This document shows, piece after piece, positions 18,107 to 28,249 of a stretch of 32,000 bases of DNA. Within the stretch, counting starts at the first letter, position 1. Each line of letters opens with the position of its first letter. Origin of the DNA: Raphidiopsis brookii D9 (GTDB lineage: Bacteria; Cyanobacteriota; Cyanobacteriia; Cyanobacteriales; Nostocaceae); contig ACYB01000021.1 of NCBI GenBank assembly GCA_000175855.1, positions 1-32,000 of the forward strand. Reading direction: 5' to 3'. The position numbers and the translations under genes are program-made. The notes below the pieces were generated by a model. That model worked only from the letters and a program-made list of their open reading frames with translations. It had not been told where the DNA came from and did not search any database.

Positions 18107-19399
18107 TTAATACGGTTTCAGGATAGTAACTGCATAGTCTTGTAGAGAAATATAATTTTGAGCCACTTTTTGCAGTTTTTTGGCATTGAAGGACTGAATC
18201 TGCTCCGGATAAGCAACAGACAATTCAGCTTTTGCAATTGTGTTATAGTAGCCATAAAGGGATGCTAACTGATTTGGTGTTTCTGTGCTGAACGCATAGT
18301 CGTTGCAAAGAGATCTTTGGGTTCGTTTCAGTTCTTGCTCAGTGACACCATGAATTTGTAATCTATGTAAATGCTCCAAAATCAGATTTTCTACTCTATC
18401 CAGATATTCAGGTTCTAAGTAAGCGGTAATTGTAAGTAAACTAGAGTCTTTTTGCACTGAAAAATTAGTGCATATCCCCTGTACTAGTTGTTTCTCTTCC
18501 CTTAAATCATTGACTAAACGAGAAGTTCTTCCCTGTCCCAAAATCACTGATAGTATCTCTAAACCATTTGCTATGGCCAGTTCGTCTATTCCGGGTAAAT
18601 TCCAAGCCATAATTAAACGAGCTTGTTCTATTCTAGGTAATATTAACTCTTGCCTTTTCACATGCCTAATTTTGGGTGCTGCTAATTGATTAGATGTTGA
18701 AAGGTTATCCTGGTTTTTAACCTTTTTAAATGTTTGATTGACAATTTCCCATGCGCTATCTCTTTCTATCCCCCCCACTATCACTACAGTCATGTTTTCC
18801 GGTTGGTAATGACGACGATGAAAACACCGCATCGCTTCCGGTGAATTTTCCATTAATTCCTTTTTTGTTCCTAAAATGGGTCTTCCGTAAGGGTGGTTTT
18901 CATAGACGGTTTTTAACAGTGCTTCAAATCCTATCGCATCAGGATCATCTGCACAACTACGAATTTCTTCCAAAACCACATCCCTTTCGCGCATAAATTC
19001 ATCTTCAAAAATAGCTGCATTCAGCAATAGTTCTCCCAGATGAGGAAGCGTATCTACCAAGTGTTGACTAGCTATAGCAAGATAGTAATGGGTATAGTCG
19101 TGTCCAGTAGCTGCATTACTTACCCCACCCATACGTTCAATATTATGGTCAAACTCCCCTGGACCCAAACTAGCTGTGCCCTTAAAAATCATGTGTTCTA
19201 AAAAGTGTGCCATGCCAAACAGGGGATCTGACTCTGAAGTTGCTCCCGCACGCACCCACACGTCCGCTACCACCACGGGGGTAGCTGCTATCTCCTGATG
19301 AATAAATGTCAAACCATTGTCCAGGCGAAAAATCGAAGCTGGGAATAGGGTTTTGCTTTCGGTTATATGTGTTGTCAACTTTCCAGGGTTAAATAACAA
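18107..19399 (-). CDS. M16 (pitrilysin) family zinc peptidase, catalytic type
   Basis: Inverted zinc motif HFLEHMIFKG and a downstream E in NAATGHDYTHY. 430 aa. Only non-ATG starts (TTG) are available at the 5' end, so the exact start is uncertain. Confidence 0.9.
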   Translation of the reverse strand: MLFNPGKLTTHITESKTLFPASIFRLDNGLTFIHQEIAATPVVVADVWVRAGATSESDPLFGMAHFLEHMIFKGTASLGPGEFDHNIERMGGVSNAATGHDYTHYYLAIASQHLVDTLPHLGELLLNAAIFEDEFMRERDVVLEEIRSCADDPDAIGFEALLKTVYENHPYGRPILGTKKELMENSPEAMRCFHRRHYQPENMTVVIVGGIERDSAWEIVNQTFKKVKNQDNLSTSNQLAAPKIRHVKRQELILPRIEQARLIMAWNLPGIDELAIANGLEILSVILGQGRTSRLVNDLREEKQLVQGICTNFSVQKDSSLLTITAYLEPEYLDRVENLILEHLHRLQIHGVTEQELKRTQRSLCNDYAFSTETPNQLASLYGYYNTIAKAELSVAYPEQIQSFNAKKLQKVAQNYISLQDYAVTILKPY

Positions 19400-19522
19400 T
19401 TTGACAGGTTTTTGTTATTTTAACCTTCAATCCCACCCCATTAGGAATCAAATAATACAGATTTAATTTTTTATTCGCATTGATAGGTTTATTTGTTAGT
19501 TAATGCACTTTAGCGATCGGTT

Positions 19523-20368
19523 TTACCATATTTTTAAAAGCGTTCCTAAGACTCTGGATTTGGGACTAAACAAAAAAGCGAAGACAAATGCTGTGCAAAC
19601 GACTAACACAATAGCTGGTCCAGAGGGCAAATTATAGAAGTAACTCAGGTAAATTCCTACAATACTGGAAATTATAGCGATCGCAGCTCCTAAAATCATA
19701 ACTTGATGTAGTCTGTTAACTAATAGGTACGCTGTAGCACCAGGAGTAATTAACATTGATAAGACTAAAATTACCCCCACTGCTTTCATACTAGCAACAA
19801 TGGTTAGGGAAATGAGCAACATCAAACTAATGTTGAGTTGATTAACTGGTAGACCAGCAACCCGAGATCCTACGGGATCAAAGGTATAAAATAATAATTC
19901 TTTGTAGAGTAAAAAAACGATAATTAAGGCCACAGCAGTAAGGATGGCCGTATCCCTAACTTCATTGGGGGTAACACCTAGAATATTACCAAAAAGAAAG
20001 TGATTGAGGTCAATTTTATTAGTTTTTTGAATCACCGTAATGAGGGTGATACCAAGAGCAAAAAAACCAGAAAATACGATCCCCATAGCTGCATCCTCCT
20101 TAATGGGAGAACGGTTTTTAATCACTGCTATAGCTACTGTGCTTACCATAGCAGCAATAAAAGCTCCCACAAATATATTGGCACCTATCATAAAAGCGAT
20201 CGCCAGTCCCGGTAAAACCGAATGACTAATGGCATCACCTAGTAGTGCTAGACGTTGTACCATTAAATAAGTGCCAATAACAGCACATAATAGACCAATT
20301 AGTACCGCAGTTATTAGTGAACGTTGCATAAACTCATAGTGCAACGGTTCTATTATTTGATTTAACAT
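19523..20368 (-). CDS. Metal (Mn/Zn) ABC transporter permease, ABC-3 family
   Basis: 281-aa polytopic protein with the MntB/ZnuB/TroD-like pattern (LLGDAISHSVLPG, FFALG). It is adjacent to the cognate ATPase. Confidence 0.9.
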   Translation of the reverse strand: MLNQIIEPLHYEFMQRSLITAVLIGLLCAVIGTYLMVQRLALLGDAISHSVLPGLAIAFMIGANIFVGAFIAAMVSTVAIAVIKNRSPIKEDAAMGIVFSGFFALGITLITVIQKTNKIDLNHFLFGNILGVTPNEVRDTAILTAVALIIVFLLYKELLFYTFDPVGSRVAGLPVNQLNISLMLLISLTIVASMKAVGVILVLSMLITPGATAYLLVNRLHQVMILGAAIAIISSIVGIYLSYFYNLPSGPAIVLVVCTAFVFAFLFSPKSRVLGTLLKIW

Positions 20369-20389
20369 AAATAAAATTAAAAAGAAAAA

Positions 20390-21115
20390 TTATAATGAAA
20401 AGTAAGCACGGTGTAGATTATTTTCTGTAAGTACATCCAACCGGGGTCCACTAGCTATAAGTTGACAGTTAAGTAGAATTAAATCGTCAAAATGGTTAAT
20501 TGACTGACCCAAATCGTGGTTCACCACCAGGACAATTTTCCCTCGGGCTGTGATCTCTTGAAAAATGTTAAAAAGAACACCTTGGGTTTTGTGATCTATG
20601 CCGACGAAGGGTTCATCAAAACAAAAAATTTCAGGTTCTTGAGCCAATGCGCGGGCTAGAAATACCCTTTGTTGTTGTCCTCCTGAAAGCTGTCCTATAG
20701 GTCGGTCAGTATATTTCAGCATTTCTACCTTTTGCAATGCTGTCATTGCTATTTGCCGACTCATACTAGAAAAACTACGTAACCAACCTGTTTTTTTCAC
20801 TCTTCCGGTCATCACCACATCCCAGACGGTGGCGGGGTAATTCCAGTCAATTTGGTTTTTTTGTGGAACGTAGGCGACTTTTTCCAGTTGGTCCACTAAT
20901 GGCCTATCATCATACAGTACACTACCCATATTCATGGGGACTAATCCCAAAATTGCTTTAATCAACGTACTCTTACCAGCACCATTAGGTCCAAAAATTC
21001 CTGTTAATCTTCCTGCTTTAATAGTGCAGGTTATATCCTGCAAAGCGTCTTGTCTATGGTATTGTACTCCTAAATGGGAAATATGAATATCACTAAACTC
21101 TCTATTTATAAACAC
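20390..21115 (-). CDS. Metal (Mn/Zn) ABC transporter ATP-binding protein
   Basis: Walker A GPNGAGKST, signature LSGGQQQR, Walker B IFCFDEP, H-loop VVNHD. GTG start. Confidence 0.92.
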   Translation of the reverse strand: MFINREFSDIHISHLGVQYHRQDALQDITCTIKAGRLTGIFGPNGAGKSTLIKAILGLVPMNMGSVLYDDRPLVDQLEKVAYVPQKNQIDWNYPATVWDVVMTGRVKKTGWLRSFSSMSRQIAMTALQKVEMLKYTDRPIGQLSGGQQQRVFLARALAQEPEIFCFDEPFVGIDHKTQGVLFNIFQEITARGKIVLVVNHDLGQSINHFDDLILLNCQLIASGPRLDVLTENNLHRAYFSL

Positions 21116-21233
21116 CCTTTGGGTGTTTTGGGTAATAGACCAAATTTTGGCGAGGTATTTTGCATAGGGTTTGATAATTCTTGAGATCCTACTTTCAGCT
21201 TACTATGAAGAAGGCTAAAAATATGAGGCAAAT

Positions 21234-22202
21234 ATGAAAAACAAAAACATTCGTATATGGACAGTAATATTTTTACCATTATATTTACTAGGATGTAGTG
21301 TTTCTCCGGTGGAAACCTTACAAGATGCTAGCCAGGGCAAACTAAAAGTTGTAGTCACAAGTACAATTCTTATGGACTTAGTCGCACAAATAGGAGGTGA
21401 AGAGATTAGTTTAACTGGAATACTTCAACCTGGAGTAGATCCCCACGTATATGAACCAGTGCCAGGAGATGGCAGGGTTTTAGAGATGGCAGATCTAATT
21501 GTATATAATGGGTATAATTTAGAGCCAGGAATTATTAAGTTAATGAATTCTACGGGTGTAAAAGCTAGAAAACTGGCGGTGGGGGAAGTAGTTAAATCCC
21601 TAAAATTAAAAACCCATAGGGGGGAAACAGTTCCCGATCCCCATGTGTGGGGGAGTGTTAAAAACACCATGACTATGGTAAACGCTATTAGAGATACCTT
21701 AGTGGAGTTGTCAGATAAAGACAGGCAAAAATTTACACAAAATGCTGCCCAACTAGACAAGGAACTGGAAAAGTTGGATGATTGGATCAAACAGCAAATT
21801 CAAACCATTCCACCACAGAACCGTAAAATAGTTACCTCCCATGATGCTTTTCAGTATTATGCTAATGCTTATGGTATGGAAGTTGTGGGCACGTTAATTG
21901 GAATTAGCACGGAAGAAAAACCCAGTGCTAAAACGGTAAAAGAACTAGTGGATATTATTGTTAGAGCAGATATTCCTACAGTCTTTACTGAGACTACGAT
22001 TAATCCGGAGTTGATGAAAACAGTAGCCCAAGAAGCGGGGGTAGAACTGTCAACAAATCAACTTTATTCCGACTCTCTGGGTGTAAGAGGAAGTGGTGCG
22101 GATAGTTATATCAAGATGATGAAGGCTAATACCAAAACTATTGTGACCGGGCTAACTCGCGTTAGCCAAGCAACTTATTATGACTTTGAGGTATTACCTT
22201 GA
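21234..22202 (+). CDS. Metal ABC transporter substrate-binding protein (cluster A-I, TroA/ZnuA/MntC-like)
   Basis: Lipoprotein-like signal ending LLGC. Metal-ligand blocks are DPHVYEP, DPHVWGS, TSHDAFQYY and YSDSLG. There is no His-rich ZnuA loop. Confidence 0.9.
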   Translation: MKNKNIRIWTVIFLPLYLLGCSVSPVETLQDASQGKLKVVVTSTILMDLVAQIGGEEISLTGILQPGVDPHVYEPVPGDGRVLEMADLIVYNGYNLEPGIIKLMNSTGVKARKLAVGEVVKSLKLKTHRGETVPDPHVWGSVKNTMTMVNAIRDTLVELSDKDRQKFTQNAAQLDKELEKLDDWIKQQIQTIPPQNRKIVTSHDAFQYYANAYGMEVVGTLIGISTEEKPSAKTVKELVDIIVRADIPTVFTETTINPELMKTVAQEAGVELSTNQLYSDSLGVRGSGADSYIKMMKANTKTIVTGLTRVSQATYYDFEVLP

Positions 22203-22211
22203 AGCGCCAGC

Positions 22212-23312
22212 TTACGCTTGAACTAGAACACGCTGTTTTGCTGCCAAATAGTCTTTTTGTAAGGTCCCTAATAACTCTTCTCGTCTGTTGTATAATCGTT
22301 TCAGAGATCGTGGTTGACCCTGATTTAATGCGTATGCTGTGATCAAGGGCAGAGCAATTGTACTATCCGTGTAACAAACTATTGTACTGGGCAACTCTTC
22401 AGGATCTATTTTACCCCAACTCACTGCTTCTGCTGGGGTTGCACCAGAGAGTCCACCAGTATCCGGACGCGCATCCGTAAATTGAACAAAGAAATCATGT
22501 CCTCTTTCTTCCAAACCCAATACTTCGTGAATTTGCGGTTGGGTCTGTAGGAGAAAGTTTTTGGGACTTCCACCACCTAGAATCACAGCTGCACTTTTAC
22601 CCTCTCCTTCCCTTGCTGCGTAAGCAATAGCCGCAGTTTCATTTACATCAATAGCTGGATCTAATACCAGCTTTGAACCCTCTAATGCCAACGCTGCCAC
22701 ATTCATCCCTATGGAACTATCACCAGGAGAAGAAGTATAAATAGGAACGCCATATTCATAAGCTGTAGCTAGGAGACAGGAATTTTCTACCCCCAACTGC
22801 TTTTCCACTTCTCGTACATATTTGCCAAGCAGGTGGTGAAATTCAGCCGTGCCCATCTGCTTTTGAAAGGGTTCCGCTTGTAATATTTTACGAATAAAAG
22901 CATCCGTTTCTAATAGCACATCATAACCAAAGATAATGTCATAAATTCGGATTGTTCCCTCTTCTCGTAATTTAACATCATCTAAAAAGGGACTACCTGC
23001 AAACAGTTCAAAACCTAAACCATAGTGCATATCATGATAAAGATTGGCACCGGTGCTAATCATCCAGTCGATATAACCGTGACGAATTAAAGGAGCTAAA
23101 GCGGAAACGCCGAATCCTGCTGGTGTCATAGCGCCAGAAAGACTTAATCCCACCGTTACACCCGGTTGGAATATATCCTGGGTTAGCAATTTACACGCTT
23201 CTCTTAACCGAGCTGAATTATAAGCAGTGAAGTAGTTATTAATTAAGTCAACCACACTAATATTCGACGAAATTGGTGCGGGTGCAATTTTTTTACCTTG
23301 TTTCTTTGACAT
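22212..23312 (-). CDS. Deoxyhypusine synthase family protein (bacterial DHS-like, possibly homospermidine synthase SpeY-type)
   Basis: 366 aa with blocks typical of the DHS family ([46 protein letters not shown]). Confidence 0.85.
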   Translation of the reverse strand: MSKKQGKKIAPAPISSNISVVDLINNYFTAYNSARLREACKLLTQDIFQPGVTVGLSLSGAMTPAGFGVSALAPLIRHGYIDWMISTGANLYHDMHYGLGFELFAGSPFLDDVKLREEGTIRIYDIIFGYDVLLETDAFIRKILQAEPFQKQMGTAEFHHLLGKYVREVEKQLGVENSCLLATAYEYGVPIYTSSPGDSSIGMNVAALALEGSKLVLDPAIDVNETAAIAYAAREGEGKSAAVILGGGSPKNFLLQTQPQIHEVLGLEERGHDFFVQFTDARPDTGGLSGATPAEAVSWGKIDPEELPSTIVCYTDSTIALPLITAYALNQGQPRSLKRLYNRREELLGTLQKDYLAAKQRVLVQA

Positions 23313-23367
23313 TTTTTCACTTTCCCATAGTCAGTATTCCGATTCTAATTAATAATATTAGAGAATA

Positions 23368-23769
23368 TCAAGCTCTTGTAGCAACAGCTATGGTAATAGC
23401 TCCTTGGTCTGGTAAACGGAAAATTTCTTTGGGAACTAACAACTGGGATCTGGAATGGTTTTGAGCAGCACAAAGAAGAGCTGCTGCTTCCGCTATGCTT
23501 GGTGTTCCCATAATTTTGGTAATTATTTCACTGGGATTGGGAACACTGATACTTGATAGGGTGGTTGAGCTAAAGGTTTGTAATCTGAAATTGTTTTTTA
23601 AGCAAAATTCGACTAGTCCCAGCTCTGATGCTTTACTTTCAATAGTAGCTATCTTATCTATGCTCCGAGGATCTATCCTATATTTTTGGCACACTTTGTT
23701 GAGTCCTAGCTCAATCAAGAGACAGGAAACCCCCTTTTGACAACCAATACCTACCCAGACTTGCTGCAA
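23368..23769 (-). CDS. CobE / CbiG C-terminal-domain family cobalamin biosynthesis protein
   Basis: 133 aa. VWVGIGCQKG near the N-terminus and GTPSIAEAAALL near the C-terminus match stand-alone CbiG_C/CobE proteins. TTG start in the ORF track. Confidence 0.72.
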   Translation of the reverse strand: MQQVWVGIGCQKGVSCLLIELGLNKVCQKYRIDPRSIDKIATIESKASELGLVEFCLKNNFRLQTFSSTTLSSISVPNPSEIITKIMGTPSIAEAAALLCAAQNHSRSQLLVPKEIFRLPDQGAITIAVATRA

Positions 23770-24190
23770 TATAAAACCTTAATTATTTTTACTAATCGCC
23801 CAAATACCCTATGAAATGTGGCCCGAATATTGTTCCTATGTTCTGTTGGGGGATGCACATTTCGTTCTATAAATTTGGTTTATAGAATGGTCTTTTTGTC
23901 AAGTGTTTAGAGTCGATATATGAGATACTAATATGAGATATGAGTAATTGATAAGCTGAGGTAATACCATTTTTATAACTTCTTTGTTATTTTGTATTTA
24001 GCGGGACAGTTATTCTACATACCGTGAGTTTCAATGGCAATTAGTTAGGGGGTTTTACTTCTAAGTTGTTATGCGGGATATTTTGGACAGACTCAACTTT
24101 TAACCATCTTATCTAGAATATTCCCTAAGGATTTCTATGATAATAAATCAAAGAAATCGTGTTAGTCCCAGGAGAAGAGGATATAAAACT

Positions 24191-24529
24191 ATGACCACGA
24201 CAGATACTCAACCTATCATTTTTACCACCTTGGTTGACCATAGACTAAATGGTAAAAAATCAAGACATAAATTGGATTTACTTAAGCCCGTACGTCAATG
24301 GCTAGATGATATAGAAATTAAAAATTCTCAAGTTGCACGTTTGATAGCTAAACTGATTCCTGCTCAATGTCCTTTTGAGCGAGACATTACATTGTTTAAT
24401 CGCAAAATTGGTCATATTCCACCTCTATGTAAACTCAATCCGCTGTATGATCAGTTTGTGGGGTTGCGGTTTCGCGCTTTGTGTTATTTGGCTGATGAAT
24501 GTGGGGAAGATATTGGTTTTTACTGCTAA
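24191..24529 (+). CDS. Mo-dependent nitrogenase C-terminal domain family protein (small, function unknown)
   Basis: The blocks LKPVRQWLDDIEIKN, LIPAQCPFERDI, GHIPPLCKLNPLY and FRALCYLADECGEDI match the cyanobacterial Mo-nitro_C family. ATG 24191 has a GGAGAAGAGGA RBS; the ORF track start at 24137 is less likely. Confidence 0.8.
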   Translation: MTTTDTQPIIFTTLVDHRLNGKKSRHKLDLLKPVRQWLDDIEIKNSQVARLIAKLIPAQCPFERDITLFNRKIGHIPPLCKLNPLYDQFVGLRFRALCYLADECGEDIGFYC

Positions 24530-24560
24530 ATATGAGGAAAGGAAATAGGTAAATCAATTA

Positions 24561-25307
24561 ATGCTGTTACATCTAAGCACATGGCCAGAAGTTGAAAAAT
24601 ATCTAGAAAGTTCCTCGGGGATTATTATTCCTATTGGTTCTACAGAGCAACATGGACCAACGGGTTTAATTGGCACTGATGCAGTATGCGCTGAGTTCAT
24701 ATCCCATGGCGTGGGGGAAGCAACACAAGCTATGGTGGGACCTACCATTAATGTTGGTATGGCATTACATCATACTGCTTTTCCCGGTACTATCAGTTTA
24801 CGACCTAGCACCCTAATTTTGGTGGTGAAGGATTACGTAAGTAGTTTAGCAAAAGCGGGTTTTACCAAGTTTTATTTTATTAATGGACATGGCGGTAATA
24901 TCGCCACTTTAAAAACAGCTTTTTCCGAAACCTATGCTTATTTGGAAGATATACAAGCAAAAAACTTCCAAAAAGTCCAGTGTCAACTTGGTAATTGGTT
25001 TACATGTAGTTCTGTGTACAAACTGGCCCAGGAGTTGTATGGAGATAAAGAGGGTTCCCATGCTACTCCCAGTGAGGTAGCACTAACCCAATATATCTAT
25101 CCCCAAGCAATTAAACAGTCTTTCCTTGCACCAGAAGTTGCAACTGGTCACAGAATTTACGGACCTAGTGATTTTCGTTTACGCTATCCTGATGGTCGCA
25201 TGGGTTCCCATCCCGACTTAGCTACTCCTGAACATGGCAAACAGTTTTATGATTTGGCCGTGGAAGAGTTAAGTGCAGCATATTCCAATTTCCTTAATCA
25301 AGATTGA
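24561..25307 (+). CDS. Creatininase (creatinine amidohydrolase) family protein
   Basis: Metal-ligand blocks IIIPIGSTEQHGP, FINGHGGN and GSHATPSEV are typical of the family. 248 aa. Confidence 0.88.
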   Translation: MLLHLSTWPEVEKYLESSSGIIIPIGSTEQHGPTGLIGTDAVCAEFISHGVGEATQAMVGPTINVGMALHHTAFPGTISLRPSTLILVVKDYVSSLAKAGFTKFYFINGHGGNIATLKTAFSETYAYLEDIQAKNFQKVQCQLGNWFTCSSVYKLAQELYGDKEGSHATPSEVALTQYIYPQAIKQSFLAPEVATGHRIYGPSDFRLRYPDGRMGSHPDLATPEHGKQFYDLAVEELSAAYSNFLNQD

Positions 25308-25361
25308 ATAGAATTTATACAAAGAATATAAGGATGGGAAAATACAACCGTTAAGTCTTGA

Positions 25362-26753
25362 TTAAGCCTGGGCATTACCCTCTGCTCGTGCAGCTTGTTT
25401 GACAGCAGCAGCAACAGCACTAGCAACGCGGTTATCAAACACGGAGGGAATAATATATTCCCGGTTTAAATCCGAGGTATTGACTAAAGAGGCGATCGCC
25501 TTGGCAGCTTCTAAGCACATGTTACTAGTAATAACTTTAGATCGACAGTCTAAAGCTCCACGAAATACTCCGGGAAAGGCTAGAACATTATTAATTTGAT
25601 TGGGATAATCACTGCGTCCTGTAGCCATGACCGCAACGTTTTTAGGTGCTAATTCCGGTTGAATTTCTGGGATGGGATTAGCCATAGCAAAAACGATAGC
25701 ATCTTTGGTCATAGAATTGACCATTTCCGGTGTTAAAACGCCAGGTTTACTCAAACCAATGAACACATCTGCACCCTGGGTAGCGCCAGCTAAGGTTCCT
25801 TGAGCTTTAACTGCGAATTCCAGTTTTTCTGGGTTTAAATCCGTACGATTAGTGGATATGATTCCTTGAGAGTCACACATCCAGATTTGCTCTGCACCAG
25901 CTTTGCGCAGTAAGCGGGCCACAGCTATTCCTGCAGCGCCAGCACCATTAATCACGATCCGAATTTGATTGATAGACTTATTAACTAATTTTAGGGCATT
26001 TAGTAAAGCAGCCAGAGTTACAATAGCAGTACCATTTTGGTCATCATGAAAAATAGGAATGTCTAATTCCGATTGCAGTCTTTGTTCAATTTCAAAACAT
26101 CGAGGTGCAGCGATGTCTTCCAAATTGACTCCGCCAAATACGGGGGCAATATTTTTCACAGCCCTGATAATTTCCTCAGTGTCTTGAGTGTCTAAACAAA
26201 TAGGGAAAGCATCTATATCGGCAAATTCCTTGAATAACATTGCCTTACCCTCCATTACTGGTAAAGCAGCTTCCGGACCAAGATTACCCAACCCCAAAAC
26301 TGCACTACCATCGGTGACAATAGCAACAGTATTTTGTTTAATAGTCAAACGGTAAACTTCCTCGGGTTTTTGGGCGATCGCCTGACAAATTCTTCCTACT
26401 CCTGGAGTGTAGGCCATAGCCAAGTCAGAAACGGTTTTGATGGGAATTCTACTAGCAATGCTGATTTTTCCACCTTCATGTAAATTAAAAGTTCGGTCAT
26501 AGACATTAATTACCTGAATATCCGTCAGATCTTTTACTGAATTGACAATAGTTTCACCATGTTCACCACTTGCTGCATCCACAGTAATATCCCGTATGGA
26601 ATCATGTCTAGTTTGTTCAATTAAATCTATTTGTCCGATATTACCACCAGTTAGGGCGATCGCCTGGGTAACAGATGCTAACATTCCCACCCGGTTGGGA
26701 ATTTTCAGACGTAGGGTCACACTGAAACTGGAATTAGGGGTCAGGTTTGTCAT
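25362..26753 (-). CDS. NAD(P)-dependent malic enzyme with N-terminal ACT domain
   Basis: ACT-like N-terminus ([18 protein letters not shown]), malic-enzyme blocks ([32 protein letters not shown]) and the Rossmann motif [10 protein letters not shown]. 463 aa. Confidence 0.93.
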   Translation of the reverse strand: MTNLTPNSSFSVTLRLKIPNRVGMLASVTQAIALTGGNIGQIDLIEQTRHDSIRDITVDAASGEHGETIVNSVKDLTDIQVINVYDRTFNLHEGGKISIASRIPIKTVSDLAMAYTPGVGRICQAIAQKPEEVYRLTIKQNTVAIVTDGSAVLGLGNLGPEAALPVMEGKAMLFKEFADIDAFPICLDTQDTEEIIRAVKNIAPVFGGVNLEDIAAPRCFEIEQRLQSELDIPIFHDDQNGTAIVTLAALLNALKLVNKSINQIRIVINGAGAAGIAVARLLRKAGAEQIWMCDSQGIISTNRTDLNPEKLEFAVKAQGTLAGATQGADVFIGLSKPGVLTPEMVNSMTKDAIVFAMANPIPEIQPELAPKNVAVMATGRSDYPNQINNVLAFPGVFRGALDCRSKVITSNMCLEAAKAIASLVNTSDLNREYIIPSVFDNRVASAVAAAVKQAARAEGNAQA

Positions 26754-26806
26754 GGTATTGTGAGAGGTTTCTAAGTTGAGACTTTAGATTTGATTTTGAC
26801 ATATAT

Positions 26807-27406
26807 TTAGCTGTGTATTCTGGGATTTGGGTGCAAGGTCTGTAGAATTTCGCTTTCTATTGTACCCAACTCATCCAGTCTTTTTATCATATCCTCTCTG
26901 TCAAAATATGTATCTGCTAGTATCCAATAAGTACCAAAGTGTCTAGCTTCTGAATCCATTAAGTCACGATAGAATTTAGCCAGTTCCGGTTCTGGACAGT
27001 TAGCTGCTAATAAACCCAATCTTTCATGACTGCGAGCTTCTATTAAACCTGTTACTAGTAAATTGTCTAAAAAATGCTCTGGCTCTTTTTTTCTCACTTC
27101 CGCTTTTAATCTTGCTCCGTATGGTGGTGGTGACAGGGGAGCTAGAGGAATATTCTTCCGTTCTAACCATTGGTTAACTAGTTCAAAATGTTCTATTTCT
27201 TCTTTTGCTATCCGCGTTAGTTCCTTTACTAGCTTAGCCAGGGAAGGATAACGAAACATAAAATTCAAGGCTACTCCTGCTGCTTTACGTTCACAGTGGG
27301 AATGATCAAGTAGAATCACATCTAAATTAGAGATAGCTTGTTCTACCCAAGCACTAGTAGTAGGTTGTTTGAGTGCATTAATAACTGGCAATGGTGAATT
27401 TAACAC
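26807..27406 (-). CDS. miaE: tRNA-(ms2io6A37)-hydroxylase MiaE (diiron)
   Basis: Ferritin-like diiron ligand pattern (HCERKAA, EEIEHF, ARSHERL, SEARHF). 199 aa. GTG start. Confidence 0.85.
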   Translation of the reverse strand: MLNSPLPVINALKQPTTSAWVEQAISNLDVILLDHSHCERKAAGVALNFMFRYPSLAKLVKELTRIAKEEIEHFELVNQWLERKNIPLAPLSPPPYGARLKAEVRKKEPEHFLDNLLVTGLIEARSHERLGLLAANCPEPELAKFYRDLMDSEARHFGTYWILADTYFDREDMIKRLDELGTIESEILQTLHPNPRIHS

Positions 27407-27475
27407 AGCTGTTAATTAGTATTATAGTGTATAGATGATTAGAACAGGGTTGATGAGTAAGAGACTAGATAGCGC

Positions 27476-28249
27476 CTACTTTTGTCGATTTACCAGAGTT
27501 GCACTGGCCTGATCTACTGGCATTAATATCACCTGGTTAATATTAACATGAGCAGGTCTTGTGGCACAGAAAAATATCACATCTGCTACATCCTGAGCAG
27601 TTAGTGGTTTTATTCCTTCATAAACTTTCTTGGCTCTTTCTTGATCTCCATGAAATCGCACCTGACTAAATTCCGTTTCCACCATGCCAGGATCAATGGA
27701 GGTTACTCTTATGGGGGTTCCTAATAAATCCAATTTCAGACCTTCGGAAATAGCTTTTACTGCTGCTTTACTTCCACAATAAACATTCCCTCCAGGATAG
27801 GTTTGATGACCAGCGATGGAACCAATGTTTATAATATGACCACTACCCCGGTCTACCATACCCGGTAAGACATAACGGGTTAAGTATAGTAACCCCTTGA
27901 TGTTAGTATCGATCATTTCTTCCCAATCTTCAATATCGCCTAAATATAACTTATCCAATCCCCTACTTAACCCAGCATTATTAATCAAAATATCAACTTC
28001 TGACCATGGTGAAGGTAAGCTACCAATTGCCAGTTCCACCGCTGTTCTGTCTCTCACATCTAATTGCAGCAAATGGGTTTCTGTTTTATATAATTCATAT
28101 AGCTGCTGTGCTTGACATTCTAGATTTTCCAGTCTTCTTCCAGCTAAGATTAGTCTGCAATTTTCTTGCCCAAATACTGTCGCACAAGCAGCACCTATAC
28201 CACTACTTGCACCTGTAATTAATACGGTTTTGTCGCTAATTTTGGTCAT
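27476..28249 (-). CDS. Short-chain dehydrogenase/reductase (YdfG-like NADP-dependent 3-hydroxy acid/serine dehydrogenase)
   Basis: TGASSGIG cofactor motif, NNAG, catalytic S...YCGSK (YxxxK). 257 aa. Confidence 0.92.
   Translation of the reverse strand: MTKISDKTVLITGASSGIGAACATVFGQENCRLILAGRRLENLECQAQQLYELYKTETHLLQLDVRDRTAVELAIGSLPSPWSEVDILINNAGLSRGLDKLYLGDIEDWEEMIDTNIKGLLYLTRYVLPGMVDRGSGHIINIGSIAGHQTYPGGNVYCGSKAAVKAISEGLKLDLLGTPIRVTSIDPGMVETEFSQVRFHGDQERAKKVYEGIKPLTAQDVADVIFFCATRPAHVNINQVILMPVDQASATLVNRQK

Noticed and set aside
21172-21186. Zur/Fur-like operator in the divergent promoter of the metal ABC transporter (TGATAATTCTTGAGA).
   Set aside because: Only the left half-site TGATAAT resembles the cyanobacterial Zur box. 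The right half matches about 3 of 7 positions, so it is not supportable without a matrix search.
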